A DNA stretch of 63,664 nt, filler included, from Octopus bimaculoides (taxonomy: Eukaryota), in the NCBI RefSeq assembly GCF_001194135.2. It is 4 parts of 2 records of this genome, joined end to end, with 100 filler letters (N's around TTAATTAATTAA, not from the genome) between each part and the next. Parts side by side here need not be neighbours in the genome. Positions count along the whole stretch, not along the records: positions 61,361 to 63,664 come from NC_068989.1; 3 more parts are not named here. The stretch is one strand, 5' to 3'. The notes under the pieces are model-generated. The model did not search any database. It worked only from the letters and a program-made list of their open reading frames with translations, and had not been told where the DNA came from. Each line of letters opens with the position of its first letter. The stretch's first letter is position 1. The position numbers and the translations under genes are program-made. Positions 62,851 through 63,664 of the stretch are shown here, in pieces.

Positions 62851-63083
62851 ATAAACTCTAAGTTGAGAGATAATGTAAGAAAGTTTTCCACCTCACTCAC
62901 TGCATACGTATGGCAGCTAAAGAACTCGAACAATCGATTTACATCTTATAGTTAATCTTACCAAGAGCCAAACCATACAACCATAAAAAAGCCATACCAA
63001 TTGTATCCAGTAGAGAAATATGAAGTTTGTTTGCTAACGATGCTTTAATAAACAAAGATCCTTTTTGCAACTGCCAGACGTAT

Positions 63084-63518
63084 ACTCTTACACTTTTACT
63101 TTTTTCAGTAATTTGACTGCGGCCATGCTGGAGCACCGCCTTTATAGTCGAGCAAATCGACCCCAGAGCTTATTCTTTGTAAGTCTAGTACTTATTCTAT
63201 CGGTCTTTTTTGCCGAACCGCTAAGTTACGGAGACGTAAACACACCAGCATCGGTTGTCAAGCGATGCTGGGGGGACAAACAGACACACAAACACATACA
63301 CACACATACATACATATACATATATATACATATATGACGGGCTTCTTCCAGTTTCCGTCTACCAAATCCACTGACAAGGCTTTGGTCGGCCCGAGGCTAT
63401 AGTAGAAGATACCTGCCCAAGGTGCCACGCAGTGGGACTGAACCCAGGACCATATGGTTAGTAAGCAACCCGGGACCATGTGGCTGGTAAGCAAGCTACT
63501 TACCACACAGCCACTCCT
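63084..63518 (-). mobile_element. SINE-A, full length, with a 26-bp tandem duplication in the head
   Basis: Near-consensus. ccc(a/g)ggaccat(a/g)tgg(t/c)t(a/g)gtaagcaa is duplicated at 63443-63468 and 63469-63494. Confidence 0.92.
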
Positions 63519-63664
63519 GTTTGATCCTTCAATAAACAAAAATCATTGCAACCACCACACGTACAAAAAGTAGGATCATTTTCATCTTACAAAGTTCAGA
63601 ATCGAATTGGAACCTCGATGGTTAAAAAAATGCGCTGTTTTACTTGCATGATTATGTTTGCATC

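Overview
AT-rich, microsatellite-saturated metazoan genomic DNA with 18 N-gaps (about 7.5 kb in total). The SINE families look like those of Octopus or another coleoid cephalopod; this is an inference from pattern recognition, not a database result. I found no host protein-coding exon that I can support, so the window reads as intergenic or deep intronic. It is a graveyard of nested transposable elements: (1) three clear and one weak Penelope-like (PLE) GIY-YIG remnants, plus one PLE RT fragment; (2) one Tc1 and two mariner relics; (3) L1/Tx1-type ORF1-only fragments and a separate ORF2 3' half; (4) two R4/Dong-type RT fragments abutting (TAA)n; (5) a CR1/L2-like RT relic; (6) a decayed Helitron PIF1 helicase that the ORF track misses; (7) hAT and foldback MITEs; (8) more than 25 tRNA-derived SINE copies or fragments. 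The most unusual signal is a set of minimal hammerhead-ribozyme (HHR) motifs at about 2.76, 28.07 and 43.28 kb. One of them sits in a non-coding element found twice in the window, built as [inverted tRNA-like head]-[tRNA-like Pol III head]-(AAT)n-[HHR-bearing tail]. This is a candidate PLE-mobilised SINE/retrozyme. Most ORF-track entries are microsatellite or N-gap artefacts. All translations and alignments were done by eye, and boundaries are approximate unless a motif is quoted.
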